The notes beneath the pieces were generated by a model. The model was given only the letters and a program-made list of their open reading frames with translations. It was not told where the DNA came from and did no database searches. From the NCBI GenBank assembly GCA_902825875.1, contig CADECP010000019.1:78359-142358 (forward strand): a stretch of 64,000 nucleotides of DNA, given 5' to 3'. The position numbers were made by a program, and so were the translations under genes. This DNA comes from an uncultured Acidobacteriota bacterium (lineage in GTDB: Bacteria; Acidobacteriota; Blastocatellia; RBC074). This document shows, one piece after another, positions 47,244 to 56,358 of this stretch (positions within the stretch are counted from its first letter, which is position 1; the number at the start of each line of letters is the position of its first letter).

Positions 47244-49286
47244 ATGCCTTTACCCGCGCCGGAACTGGACAACAGAACTTCGCAAAGCATAGTGGACGAA
47301 GCGAAGCGATTGATTCCACAGTTTTGTCCCGAATGGACGGATCACAATGTCAGCGATCCGGGCGTGACGCTGATAGAGCTGTTCGCCTGGATGACCGAAA
47401 TGCTGTTGTATCGCGTCAATCAGGTTCCCGCTAAAAACTACATCAAGTTTCTGGAAATGCTTGGTTTGAAATTGCGCCCGCCCCAAGCAGCCGAAGCCAA
47501 TGTCACATTTTATCTTTCGGCTCCGCTCGACGAATTGTCATCCGAGCCAAAACTGGAAGCCGGGACTGAAATCGCCACTGTTCGCACGGAACTGAAAAAC
47601 GCCGTAGTCTTTTCCACTCTTGAAGACCAGAATCTGCGTTCGCCTCAACTGAGCAACGCATTGACTTACAGCCGACGTTCTGGAGCCGACGAAAGGATTC
47701 AACACGATTTGAAAGCGCTGCGCGATCTGGATGGCGTCATAACGATGTTTTCCAATCCGCCGGTTCATGCCGACGATGGCCGCGAAGGAGACGCCTTTTA
47801 TCTGGTTTTCTCCAACAATATCAGTCGGCATGTGATTTCGCTTTCATTGAAATTTCGCGAGGGGGAAGTGGTTGGGGTCACTTCAGACGATCCGCCGATT
47901 GTCTGGCAAGCCTGGAGCAACAACGAATTGAACTGGGTCAATTGTCCGTTGGAACGAGACGGAACGCGCGGATTGACGCGCAATGGAGAAATCGTCCTGC
48001 GGTTGCCTGAGATGGCGAAAAAGACCGAACAAGGCGTGACCGGATACTGGCTGCGATGTTCATTGACCAAACCTGTCGCTGGCCAACACGAGTATTTGAA
48101 TTCTCCTGCTTTGCGGCGGGAAATTCGCGCCAAGACTCTGGGCGCAACGATTCGAGCGAAACACGCCGCGACGGCGTTGGACGAATTTCTGGGCGTCAGC
48201 GACGGTTCTCCGGGACAAAGTTTCCAGTTTCCTCACTTTCCGTTGTTGGAGCGCAATCCGCAATCGGATTATCTGAATGTGATTGGAGAACCGGATCAAA
48301 GCGATTGTGCAGTTTGGGCTGAAGTCGGCGATTTTGGCGATTCGAACGAAAACAGTTTGCATTACACGATTGACGATTTGACCGGAACGCTCAGCCTGGG
48401 GCCGGCGTTGCGACAACCTAACGGCAGCGTGCGACGATTTGGCAAAGTTCCGGCGCGCGGAGCTGAATTGCGGTTCAAGCGATACAGTTACGGCGGAGGG
48501 ACTGAAGGCAATGTGGCGGCAGGATTCATCGTCGTGATGAAATCAGCCAAATCGTACATTTCAAAAGTCATCAATTGGGAACCTTCCGTTGGCGGACGCG
48601 ACGCCGAATCTTTGGAACAAGCCATTCTGCGCGTTCCTGCCATGTTGCGCTCTCACGAACGCGCCGTCACCGTCGAAGATTACGAATATCATGCCAAAAC
48701 AATTGCCGGAGTCGCTGACGCTTATTGCGTCGGACCTGGCCTGATTCGAGAAAACGAAATGGCTACGGAAGCAGATAAAAAGAAATCTTACGGCGCCGAA
48801 CTTCCCAAGCCCGGTGAGGTTCACGTCTACATTCTTCCGCAAGTCGCGCACACAGATTCTTTGCGGTTTGAGCAGCTTAAGTTGGACGAAACAGTTCGAC
48901 AACGCGCGCAGTCCGAATTGCAAAGCCGCTCTGTCCTTGGCGTGACGGTCAAAGTGATGCCGGTGAAGATCGTGGAAATTTCCGTCGAAGCCAAATTGGT
49001 CAACCGGGATCGAACCAACGGCGAAAATTTGAAACGTCAGGCGCAGGAAGCCATCAAACGATTTTTGAACCCTTTCACTGGCGGTCCAAAAGGCAATGGT
49101 TGGCGACAAGTTTCAGTGCTGCACAAATCCGATTTGTATCGGTTGCTGCTGAATCTGCCGATGGTCGAACACATCGAAGAAATTTTCATCAAACGCGGTC
49201 CAGCCGGAGAAAACATTCCAGCAGCTTTGGAATTGGGTGGAATCGTTGTTTGTTCCGGCGAACATCAGATTGAAATCGTGAGGTGA
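47244..49286 (+). CDS. Baseplate J-like protein (P2 gpJ / T4 gp6 / Afp11-like)
   Basis: 'LDNRTSQSIVDEAKRLIPQFCPEWTDHNVSDPGVTLIELFAWMTEMLLYRVNQVP' and C-terminal 'GGRDAESLEQAILRVPAMLRSHERAVTVEDYE' are conserved baseplate-J motifs. Confidence 0.85.
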   Translation: MPLPAPELDNRTSQSIVDEAKRLIPQFCPEWTDHNVSDPGVTLIELFAWMTEMLLYRVNQVPAKNYIKFLEMLGLKLRPPQAAEANVTFYLSAPLDELSSEPKLEAGTEIATVRTELKNAVVFSTLEDQNLRSPQLSNALTYSRRSGADERIQHDLKALRDLDGVITMFSNPPVHADDGREGDAFYLVFSNNISRHVISLSLKFREGEVVGVTSDDPPIVWQAWSNNELNWVNCPLERDGTRGLTRNGEIVLRLPEMAKKTEQGVTGYWLRCSLTKPVAGQHEYLNSPALRREIRAKTLGATIRAKHAATALDEFLGVSDGSPGQSFQFPHFPLLERNPQSDYLNVIGEPDQSDCAVWAEVGDFGDSNENSLHYTIDDLTGTLSLGPALRQPNGSVRRFGKVPARGAELRFKRYSYGGGTEGNVAAGFIVVMKSAKSYISKVINWEPSVGGRDAESLEQAILRVPAMLRSHERAVTVEDYEYHAKTIAGVADAYCVGPGLIRENEMATEADKKKSYGAELPKPGEVHVYILPQVAHTDSLRFEQLKLDETVRQRAQSELQSRSVLGVTVKVMPVKIVEISVEAKLVNRDRTNGENLKRQAQEAIKRFLNPFTGGPKGNGWRQVSVLHKSDLYRLLLNLPMVEHIEEIFIKRGPAGENIPAALELGGIVVCSGEHQIEIVR

Positions 49287-49292
49287 AATCGC

Positions 49293-49763
49293 GTGCATCA
49301 ACCCAGTTCTTACCTGCATTACCTGCCTGTTATTTTTCAAACCGACGAATTTCTTGGGCGCTTTTTGCGCATATTTGAAACGGTTTGGGAACCGTTGGAA
49401 CAGCGTCAGAATCACCTTGCTTCGTATTTCGATCCGGCGACCTGCCCGACGAACTTTTTGCCCTGGCTGGCCAGTTGGTTCAATTTGCCGTTCAGCGAAA
49501 ACTGGCCTGAATCTCAACAGCGGTTGTTGGTCAAACAGGGTTTCAGGTTGAGCCGACGCAGTGGAACTCTGGTCGGATTGGAAACCATTCTGGAATTGTG
49601 CGTAGGTCAAAAACCGACCATCGTCCAATCGCCTGACGATCATTTTGTCTATCGAATCTCTCTGATTTTGCCTGCTCAGCCGGAAGTGACTGAAGCGTTT
49701 CTTCATCAAATCATTCAACTTCATAAACCCGCTTTCATTGGCTACACGTTGGAGGTGAAATGA
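49293..49763 (+). CDS. P2 gpI-like baseplate protein (short Afp12 equivalent)
   Basis: 'SYLHYLPVIFQTDEFLGRFLRIFETVWEPLEQ...YFDPATCPTNFLPWLASWFNL' matches the Tail_P2_I pattern. GTG start. Confidence 0.8.
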   Translation: MHQPSSYLHYLPVIFQTDEFLGRFLRIFETVWEPLEQRQNHLASYFDPATCPTNFLPWLASWFNLPFSENWPESQQRLLVKQGFRLSRRSGTLVGLETILELCVGQKPTIVQSPDDHFVYRISLILPAQPEVTEAFLHQIIQLHKPAFIGYTLEVK

Positions 49764-51799
49764 TGGCTACGATCACTGTGATTGATTCTGAAGGAAAAGT
49801 GGATTTCAACTTTCCGTTAGCTGATAAACCTGTCAGGCTCGGAAAAGGAGAGAACTGCAACAAGGTCTTGCCGGAATTGCCAGTCAGTGGGCCGCAATTG
49901 GAAATCGAATACGACGCCGGCCAAAACCGCTTGCTGGCAAGGCGGCTCAGTTCAGACTGCGAAGTCTGGATCGGCGACCAACGAATCGGTGACGGAAGCG
50001 CAATTTGGCCTGCGGAAATCGAATTGCGAATTGGGACGTATCGGTTGACGAACGACCTTGGCTCTGCGAATAGGCCAATTTCCGCTCAAGATGGATTTTC
50101 TGTTGAGATCAAGTCAGGAGAGGATTATTTGAGCCTGACTCCTGGCGCTCCGATGAATTGTTCGTTGCGGATCACCAACCAAAGCGCCCGTAACGTCACC
50201 GGAGCTTTGCACGTGGAAATCAATGGCCAACCTATCAAGTGGTGCGCCGGTGCCGGAAACATGGGACGGGCGTTTACGCCGTATGAAGAGCGAACCTTTA
50301 CATTGACCTTTACTGCTCCAACCGACTCGACGGTAAAAGCAGGAACGTATCAAGTGGATGTAACAGCCATCCCTGATTCCAAAGTAGAAAAGTTTCGTTC
50401 GGGAGGTGATTCTCTTACTGCCATCGTTGAACGCTTTCCTCAACATTCCCAGCGAATAGACCGGCTGTTACGGTTCAACCCGCTGTTTGGCTTCATTTTC
50501 CGTTCAGCCCGCTTCAATTTCGAAGTCAACAACACTGGCAATTGCGACGATACGTATTCGTTGGCCACTGCGCCGAATTCCGATTCCGACGAACGCACCG
50601 AATACCAATTCACCGACACGGGAGCGCCGAAAACCTCGTTGGAAGCGGCAGTCGGCAATGTCAATGCAGCTCAGCTTCAGGTTCAACGGCCATTGCTCTG
50701 GTTTCCGTTGTGGAAGGGCCATCGCTTCAACGCTTCGATTGCGAATAGCGCAAATCAAATCGTCAGGTTCACGCAACTTTCCGTGGTTTGGCTGATTTTG
50801 GTTACAGGTTTGTTGGGTTGGCTTGGATGGCATGCAGGAATGATATTGCTGAAACCAAAGTTTGAGATTGAGAAGACCGGTTTCAAGCCGGATAAAATTG
50901 AAGCTGGCGATAAAGTTGAAGTTTTCTGGAAAGCGCTCCGCGCTTCTACTGTTGATATTTATCAAGTTATGGGAAATCAACAGCAGCCAAAATCACTTTT
51001 GCAGAATCGTGCCGGATCGTCCGAAGGAGAAGAGATAGGACCTTTTGAAAAGGATATTGAACTCCTGTTTATCGCCAGGAATTTTTGGGGAGAAGATCGC
51101 ACAACACTTCCCATACCTGTTGGCTTTCAAGAAGCGACGATTCGTTTCATCACAGAAAATCCCAAGAGGCTACAACTTACCGAAACTGGGAGCGTGGATA
51201 TGTCCGTTGAATTTGAGGTTGTCAAAGGGAAATTCATCAGCGAAGTCACTATCAATGGAGATCCGGTGACTGAAGTGGCCGGTAAATATTCGTACCCAAT
51301 ATCACCTGAAGGTTCTAAACAGTACGTTGTTGAAGTCCGTTACTCTAACAGTCAAAAGGTGACGAAGGATACTTTTCGGGTAATCGTTGACAAGCCTACT
51401 CCTACACCTTCAGCTACTCCGACGCCATCCCCGACGCCGCTTACAGATTGTAGTCTCAGCGCCATTTGGCCTGCCACAGTGGTGGAAAGGATGGAAAGGA
51501 GGAGAAACGCCACAAACATTCATCGAGGCGACATGATTGACCTGAAATGGGAAGTCAGAGACGCAGATAGAATTAAGATCACACAGCAGACCGACGGAAA
51601 CGGACCGACTACTTTTTTGGAAAGCACGCGCGTAGCGGATAAGCAAGAAGTCATACCGCCACTGAAGCGTAGTACCACCTTTACACTCATTGCGTTCAAA
51701 AATGGCCAACAGACAATATGCAATTCAGTAAGAATTGTAGTCAATTGCAAGGATCGCAGCCTGACAAATCTTTTGGGTGAATGGAAACCCTGTAGGTAG
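49760..51799 (+). CDS. Single-pass membrane protein with degenerate FHA-like N-domain and Ig-like modules, in the tail-fibre slot
   Basis: The start overlaps the gpI-like stop (ATGA). There is no signal peptide, and the TM segment is 'FTQLSVVWLILVTGLLGWLGWHAGMILL' (aa ~338-364). It has FHA-like spacing at the N-terminus, CARDB/NEW3-like strings 'SLRITNQSARNVTGALHVEING' and 'TFTLTFTAPTDSTVKAGTYQVDVTAIP', a 'PTPTPSATPTPSPTP' linker, and two related post-TM modules ('GDKVEVFWKALRASTVDIYQV' and 'GDMIDLKWEVRDADRIKITQQ'). Confidence 0.6.
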   Translation: MMATITVIDSEGKVDFNFPLADKPVRLGKGENCNKVLPELPVSGPQLEIEYDAGQNRLLARRLSSDCEVWIGDQRIGDGSAIWPAEIELRIGTYRLTNDLGSANRPISAQDGFSVEIKSGEDYLSLTPGAPMNCSLRITNQSARNVTGALHVEINGQPIKWCAGAGNMGRAFTPYEERTFTLTFTAPTDSTVKAGTYQVDVTAIPDSKVEKFRSGGDSLTAIVERFPQHSQRIDRLLRFNPLFGFIFRSARFNFEVNNTGNCDDTYSLATAPNSDSDERTEYQFTDTGAPKTSLEAAVGNVNAAQLQVQRPLLWFPLWKGHRFNASIANSANQIVRFTQLSVVWLILVTGLLGWLGWHAGMILLKPKFEIEKTGFKPDKIEAGDKVEVFWKALRASTVDIYQVMGNQQQPKSLLQNRAGSSEGEEIGPFEKDIELLFIARNFWGEDRTTLPIPVGFQEATIRFITENPKRLQLTETGSVDMSVEFEVVKGKFISEVTINGDPVTEVAGKYSYPISPEGSKQYVVEVRYSNSQKVTKDTFRVIVDKPTPTPSATPTPSPTPLTDCSLSAIWPATVVERMERRRNATNIHRGDMIDLKWEVRDADRIKITQQTDGNGPTTFLESTRVADKQEVIPPLKRSTTFTLIAFKNGQQTICNSVRIVVNCKDRSLTNLLGEWKPCR

Positions 51800-51838
51800 A
51801 CGCGGGTAGAAGACCATCTGCGAAGTTGTTCATCCACC

Positions 51839-51889
51839 AAAACCGCAACTGCCACGGCATCTGCTGCCGGACGGTTGCGGTTTTCTTTT
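51839..51889 (+). terminator. Terminator hairpin closing the CIS operon
   Basis: 'aaaaccgcaac' (51839-51849) pairs with 'gttgcggtttt' (51874-51884), followed by 'ctttt'. It lies 40 nt after the last CIS-operon stop. Confidence 0.6.
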
Positions 51890-51980
51890 GCAACCGTCGC
51901 CAGCTTGCGCCGATGCTGGCCTCTGCTGATAATGCCCGCTATCTTCAAAGCTTCTCGAAAAGGGAATCAGTAACAACACA

Positions 51981-52571
51981 ATGAGCGCAGAGCGGAAAAT
52001 GGATTTGGACAAGATCGCCGCCGGAGTCCGTTTGATTCTGGAAGGCATTGGCGAAGATACGGCTCGCCACGGCGTCGCGGACACGCCTCGCCGAGTCGCC
52101 GAAATGTTCGAGGAAATCTGCGGCGGCATGCACGAAGACCCGGCTGCCGAAATCAAAGTCATTCCCGGCGAATCGCAAGACGACATCGTCATGGTCAAAG
52201 ACATTTCCATCGCTTCCATTTGCGAACATCATCTGGTTCCGTTCACCGGCGTCGCTCACATCGCTTACATCCCGAAAGACGGACGCATTATCGGGCTGTC
52301 GAAGCTGGCACGCATCGCCGAAATTTTTGCGCGCCGCCCGCAGGTGCAGGAGCGGCTGACTTCGCAAATTGCCGAATTGTTGTATCGCGGCGAACTTCAA
52401 CCCAAAGGTGTGATGGTCGTCATCGAAGCCGAGCACATGTGCATGGCTATGCGCGGGATCAAAAAGCCCGGAACGACGACGATAACTTCAGCCGTGCGCG
52501 GAGTGTTTCGCAAAGACGAACGCACGCGCATCGAGGCAATGTCTTTTTTAACGGAGAACCGACGTGGCTAA
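51981..52571 (+). CDS. folE: GTP cyclohydrolase I
   Basis: '[12 protein letters not shown]', '[20 protein letters not shown]', 'GLSKLARI', '[10 protein letters not shown]' and '[14 protein letters not shown]' are canonical FolE motifs. Confidence 0.9.
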   Translation: MSAERKMDLDKIAAGVRLILEGIGEDTARHGVADTPRRVAEMFEEICGGMHEDPAAEIKVIPGESQDDIVMVKDISIASICEHHLVPFTGVAHIAYIPKDGRIIGLSKLARIAEIFARRPQVQERLTSQIAELLYRGELQPKGVMVVIEAEHMCMAMRGIKKPGTTTITSAVRGVFRKDERTRIEAMSFLTENRRG

Positions 52572-54276
52572 ACAAAACTTCGCAGAAAAAGTAGGGCAAG
52601 CTGCCGAGCTTGCCAGGCTGACTCGAAAGACGTCTTTGAAGAACGCAGAGCAAGAAGCGCTTAGCGATAGCGGCGTCGCCGCGTCACAACTGACTCGAAA
52701 GACGTCTTTGAAGAAGGTAGAGCAAGCTCGGCAGCTTGCTCTACCTTCGCGGCGTGATTTTTTGATTGGCGGAGCGGCGTTGACTGGTTTGGCTCTTTTT
52801 CCAACGGCGGGTTGGACGAAAAGCGACGCGATGAGCTTCGCCGACAACCCATTCAGTTTGGGCATCGCTTCGGGCGAACCTTGGCCGAACGGCGTCGTGT
52901 TGTGGACTCGGCTGGCTCCAAAACCGCTGGAAGGCGGCGGAATGCCTGCTAAAGATGTTCCGGTCAAATGGGAAGTCGCCGCGGACGACAAGATGCAGAA
53001 AGTCGTCGCCAAAGGCACGGCAATCGCCAAACCTGAATGGGGACATTCGGTTCACGTCGAAGTGACGGGGCTGAAACCGGCGCGTTGGTATTGGTATCGC
53101 TTCACCGTGGATGCCGGGTCGAGTCCGATTGGCCGAACGAAAACGGCTCCGGCGGCAGGAGCGAAAAACGACCGCATGAACTTCGCCTTTGTTTCCTGCC
53201 AGCATTACGAACACGGTTATTACACGGCGTACAAACATCTGGCCGCCGAAGACCTGGATTTGGTCGCACATCTGGGCGATTACATTTACGAATACGGTCC
53301 GGCTGCCGACCGCACACGAAAACACAACAGCGCCGAAATCAAAACCGTTGACGATTACCGCAATCGGTACGCGCTGTACAAAGGCGATGCGCTGCTTCAA
53401 CAAGCTCATGCGAACTTCCCTTGGGCGGTCGTTTGGGACGATCACGAAGTGGATAACAACTACGCGGGACTTGTCCCCGAAGACAAACAAACGTTGGAAG
53501 AATTCACCAAACGGCAAAAGATCGCTTATCAGGTGTATTACGAACACATGCCGCTGCGGCGGTCTGTGCTTCGTGGCGCCAGCGGAGTGGAAATTTATCG
53601 CGGCTTGAATTTCGGAAATCTGGCGAACTTTTACATGCTCGACACGCGGCAGTACCGCAGTGATCAGCCTTGCGGAGACGGCGGCAAACCGGCCTGCCCG
53701 GAATCGCTCGATCCGAAGCAGACGATTATGGGCAGCGCGCAAGAGCGTTGGTTGATGAGCGGGTTGCGCCAGTCGAAGGCTCGCTGGAACGTGATTGCCC
53801 AGCAGGTGATGGTCGCTCCGGCGGACGCTGTTGCCGGAGCGGAGCAGCGTTTTTCGATGGATCAATGGAACGGTTATCACGCCGCGCGCCAACGCTTTCT
53901 GGAATTTCTGCGCGACAGCAAACCGTCTAACCCTGTGGTGCTGACCGGAGATATTCACACCAACTGGGTTCACGATCTGAAGCCGGAGTTTTACAAGGAA
54001 AGTTCGCCAGTGGTGGCGACGGAATTTGTTGGGACTTCGATCACTTCGGGCGGAGACGGTTCGGATGTTCGTCCAACGACAGCAAGCATGTTGTCGGAAA
54101 ATCCGCACATCAAATTTTTCAACGCGCAGCGCGGGTATGTGCGTTGTTCACTGACGCCTGACCGCTGGCAAACCGATTACAAAGTTGTGGCGGCAGTGAC
54201 GAAACCCGATGAGCCAGTAAGCATACGCGCTTCGTTTGTTGTCGAAAACGGCAAACCAGGAGCAAAACGAGCATAG
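52564..54276 (+). CDS. phoD: Alkaline phosphatase D family protein, Tat-exported (true start probably downstream, e.g. TTG 52708)
   Basis: Twin-arginine signal '[19 protein letters not shown]'. '[23 protein letters not shown]', '[12 protein letters not shown]', 'HLGDYIYEY' and '[11 protein letters not shown]' are PhoD signatures. The first ~50 codons of the ORF are built from REP-like repeats. Confidence 0.85.
   Translation: MAKQNFAEKVGQAAELARLTRKTSLKNAEQEALSDSGVAASQLTRKTSLKKVEQARQLALPSRRDFLIGGAALTGLALFPTAGWTKSDAMSFADNPFSLGIASGEPWPNGVVLWTRLAPKPLEGGGMPAKDVPVKWEVAADDKMQKVVAKGTAIAKPEWGHSVHVEVTGLKPARWYWYRFTVDAGSSPIGRTKTAPAAGAKNDRMNFAFVSCQHYEHGYYTAYKHLAAEDLDLVAHLGDYIYEYGPAADRTRKHNSAEIKTVDDYRNRYALYKGDALLQQAHANFPWAVVWDDHEVDNNYAGLVPEDKQTLEEFTKRQKIAYQVYYEHMPLRRSVLRGASGVEIYRGLNFGNLANFYMLDTRQYRSDQPCGDGGKPACPESLDPKQTIMGSAQERWLMSGLRQSKARWNVIAQQVMVAPADAVAGAEQRFSMDQWNGYHAARQRFLEFLRDSKPSNPVVLTGDIHTNWVHDLKPEFYKESSPVVATEFVGTSITSGGDGSDVRPTTASMLSENPHIKFFNAQRGYVRCSLTPDRWQTDYKVVAAVTKPDEPVSIRASFVVENGKPGAKRA
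52591..52744. repeat. Direct repeat plus two hairpins at the phoD 5' end
   Basis: 'ctgactcgaaagacgtctttgaagaa' occurs at 52618-52643 and again at 52690-52715. The hairpins are 'ggcaagct-gccg-agcttgcc' (52595-52614) and 'gtagagcaagct-cggc-agcttgctctac' (52717-52744). Confidence 0.8.
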
Positions 54277-54437
54277 CAATTCAGGAAAATGTTTTTCCCG
54301 CGAATGAACGCAGATACCTGGGAAAACTGCTCAATTGCCATAGTCGGGGGACGAGGTCGCTGATTCTCAAACCTGGAAAACCACTTCTTACAATTCGCGT
54401 TATCCGCTTGATTCGCGGGAAGGTAAAAGCTCAATAG

Positions 54438-55229
54438 ATGGAAGAAAGACTACAAAAGATTATTGCCTCTGCCGGAATCGCTTCGCGGCGTAAAGCGGAA
54501 GAGTTGATTCTGGCCGGGCAAGTTTCGGTGAACGGAAAAACCGTCCGCGAACTTGGCACAAAGGCCGATCTTGAAAAGGATCACGTCAAAGTCAGCGGCA
54601 AGCTGATTTCGGCGGCCAAAGCTTCGGAAAAGATTTACATTCTGTTGAACAAACCGGTCGGATATTTGACCAGTCGCTCCGATCCCAGCAAACGCCAGTT
54701 GGTGATTGATTTGGTTGGCCAGTATCGCAATCGAGTTCATCCGGTTGGGCGATTGGATTTGAACACCGAAGGATTGATTTTGCTGACCAACGACGGCGAG
54801 TTCACCAATTTGATCGCGCATGCTTCGCACAACATCGCCAAAGTTTACGAAGTGAAGGTCAAAGGCAAACCGAGTTCTGTGCAGATCAACAAGATTTCGC
54901 GCGGAGTGGAAATTGATAAGGTGAAAACCGCTCCGGCCAAAATCGTGTTGATGGAAGAAACCGAAACCAATGCCTGGTACGAAGTCACGCTGCATGAAGG
55001 TCGCAACCAGCAAATCCGAAAGATGTTCGATTCGATAGGTCATTCTGTGGTGAAGCTCCGTCGGGTGGCGATTGGCTTTTTGAAAAACGAGAAATTAAAG
55101 CCGGGCGAACTTCGGTTTTTGAACGAAACGGAGGTCAAGCGATTCTTCAAAACGACGGTAAAAAAATCGCCGCTGAAAAGCGCAAAAGCGACGAAAACCA
55201 CGACTGGCAGCCGGTTTGACAAGGCATAG
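54438..55229 (+). CDS. rluB: Pseudouridine synthase, RsuA/RluB family
   Basis: N-terminal S4 domain 'ERLQKIIASAGIASRRKAEELILAGQVSVNGK' and catalytic 'HPVGRLDLNTEGLILLTNDGE'. Confidence 0.85.
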   Translation: MEERLQKIIASAGIASRRKAEELILAGQVSVNGKTVRELGTKADLEKDHVKVSGKLISAAKASEKIYILLNKPVGYLTSRSDPSKRQLVIDLVGQYRNRVHPVGRLDLNTEGLILLTNDGEFTNLIAHASHNIAKVYEVKVKGKPSSVQINKISRGVEIDKVKTAPAKIVLMEETETNAWYEVTLHEGRNQQIRKMFDSIGHSVVKLRRVAIGFLKNEKLKPGELRFLNETEVKRFFKTTVKKSPLKSAKATKTTTGSRFDKA

Positions 55230-55339
55230 TCGAACATTTAGAGTCACGCCTTCCTAACGACTGATTGAAGGTAGATTTGTTGATGCTTCACATAAGAGTT
55301 CATCGCCTGCCTTAAGCTCCCTCGACTGGTAATCAAGCA

Positions 55340-56200
55340 ATGGAAATCGTTCTGGCCGAAAGTTTGGGATTCTGCATGGGTGTTAAGCGCGTAGTTGATA
55401 TGGCATATCGCGCGCTGGACAAAGCCAGCGGACTTCCGGTCGTCACGTTTGGTCCGCTGATTCATAACTCTCAGGAAATTGCCAGATTGACGGCCAGCGG
55501 CATCGCTGTCGCCGACGAAGCGACGCTGCCGGAAAAAGGTACGGTCATTATTCGTGCGCACGGAATCGCTCCGCAGGCTTACGAAGAATTGAAAGCGCGC
55601 GGGTTGAAGATCATGGACGGAACCTGTCCTTATGTTCATTACTCGCAGCGCAAAGCCGCCGAGTTGCAACGTGAAGGTTACAAGGTCGTCATCGTCGGAG
55701 ATAGGCATCATCCGGAGATCACAGGCATTTTGGGTTTCATCAACGATGATGCCATTGTCGTCGAATCCCTTGAAGAAGTCGAAGCTTTACCGCAACTCGA
55801 CCGCATAGGAGTGATTGCTCAAACCACGATCAGTCCGAAGAAATACAACGCCATACTCGATGCGTTGCGTCGGCGAGCGGTTGAAGTGAATGTTTGCGAA
55901 ACGATTTGCGACGCGACCGAAGAGAATCAGGCTGCGGTTCGTGAATTGTCCGGCGAAGTTGATTTGCTTTACGTCATTGGCGGTCGCCACAGTGCCAACA
56001 GCAACAAGCTGGTCGAAACGGCACGCGACAAATGTCCGCGCTCTTTTCTGATTGAAACTGCTGACGAGATCAATTCGAGTGATTTGTCCGGCGTTGGCCG
56101 CATCGGCATCAGCGCCGGAGCTTCGACACCGGATTGGATGATTCAGCGCGTCATAGAGAGATTGCGCGAAATCGAGAAATCGTTGGCAAATCACCGCTAA
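55340..56200 (+). CDS. ispH: 4-hydroxy-3-methylbut-2-enyl diphosphate reductase
   Basis: 'GFCMGVKRVV', 'GPLIHN', 'DGTCPYV', 'AQTT', 'TICDAT' and 'VIGGRHSANSNKL' are IspH/LytB Cys and substrate motifs. Confidence 0.9.
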   Translation: MEIVLAESLGFCMGVKRVVDMAYRALDKASGLPVVTFGPLIHNSQEIARLTASGIAVADEATLPEKGTVIIRAHGIAPQAYEELKARGLKIMDGTCPYVHYSQRKAAELQREGYKVVIVGDRHHPEITGILGFINDDAIVVESLEEVEALPQLDRIGVIAQTTISPKKYNAILDALRRRAVEVNVCETICDATEENQAAVRELSGEVDLLYVIGGRHSANSNKLVETARDKCPRSFLIETADEINSSDLSGVGRIGISAGASTPDWMIQRVIERLREIEKSLANHR

Positions 56201-56358
56201 AGGTTTATAGTCCAAGCTCTTTTCAGATCGGCACTATCTTCCGGTTATTCTTTGTTTCCGGGATTCTTCAGAGAATTTCGCCAATGAAAATCGTAGATTG
56301 CCATCAACCGGGTTGCAGGAGCAGCTCGCGTAGTTTTCCCAGGAGGAAGTCCACTTTA

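Noticed and set aside
39425-49763. Interpretation as a canonical type VI secretion system.
   Set aside because: The sheath is a single 525-aa protein, not a TssB/TssC pair. There are no TssJ, TssL, TssM, TssA, TssK or ClpV-like genes. The tubes are gp19-like rather than Hcp, and DUF4255 plus a LysM initiator are present.
49760-50080. Calling the N-terminus of the last CIS-operon protein a bona fide phosphothreonine-binding FHA domain.
   Set aside because: Only the spacing of beta-strand-like segments resembles FHA. The conserved Gly-Arg, Ser-x-x-His and Asn-Gly residues are replaced ('GKGENC', 'SGPQLE', 'IGDQRI'). I report it only as FHA-like or degenerate, pending structure prediction.
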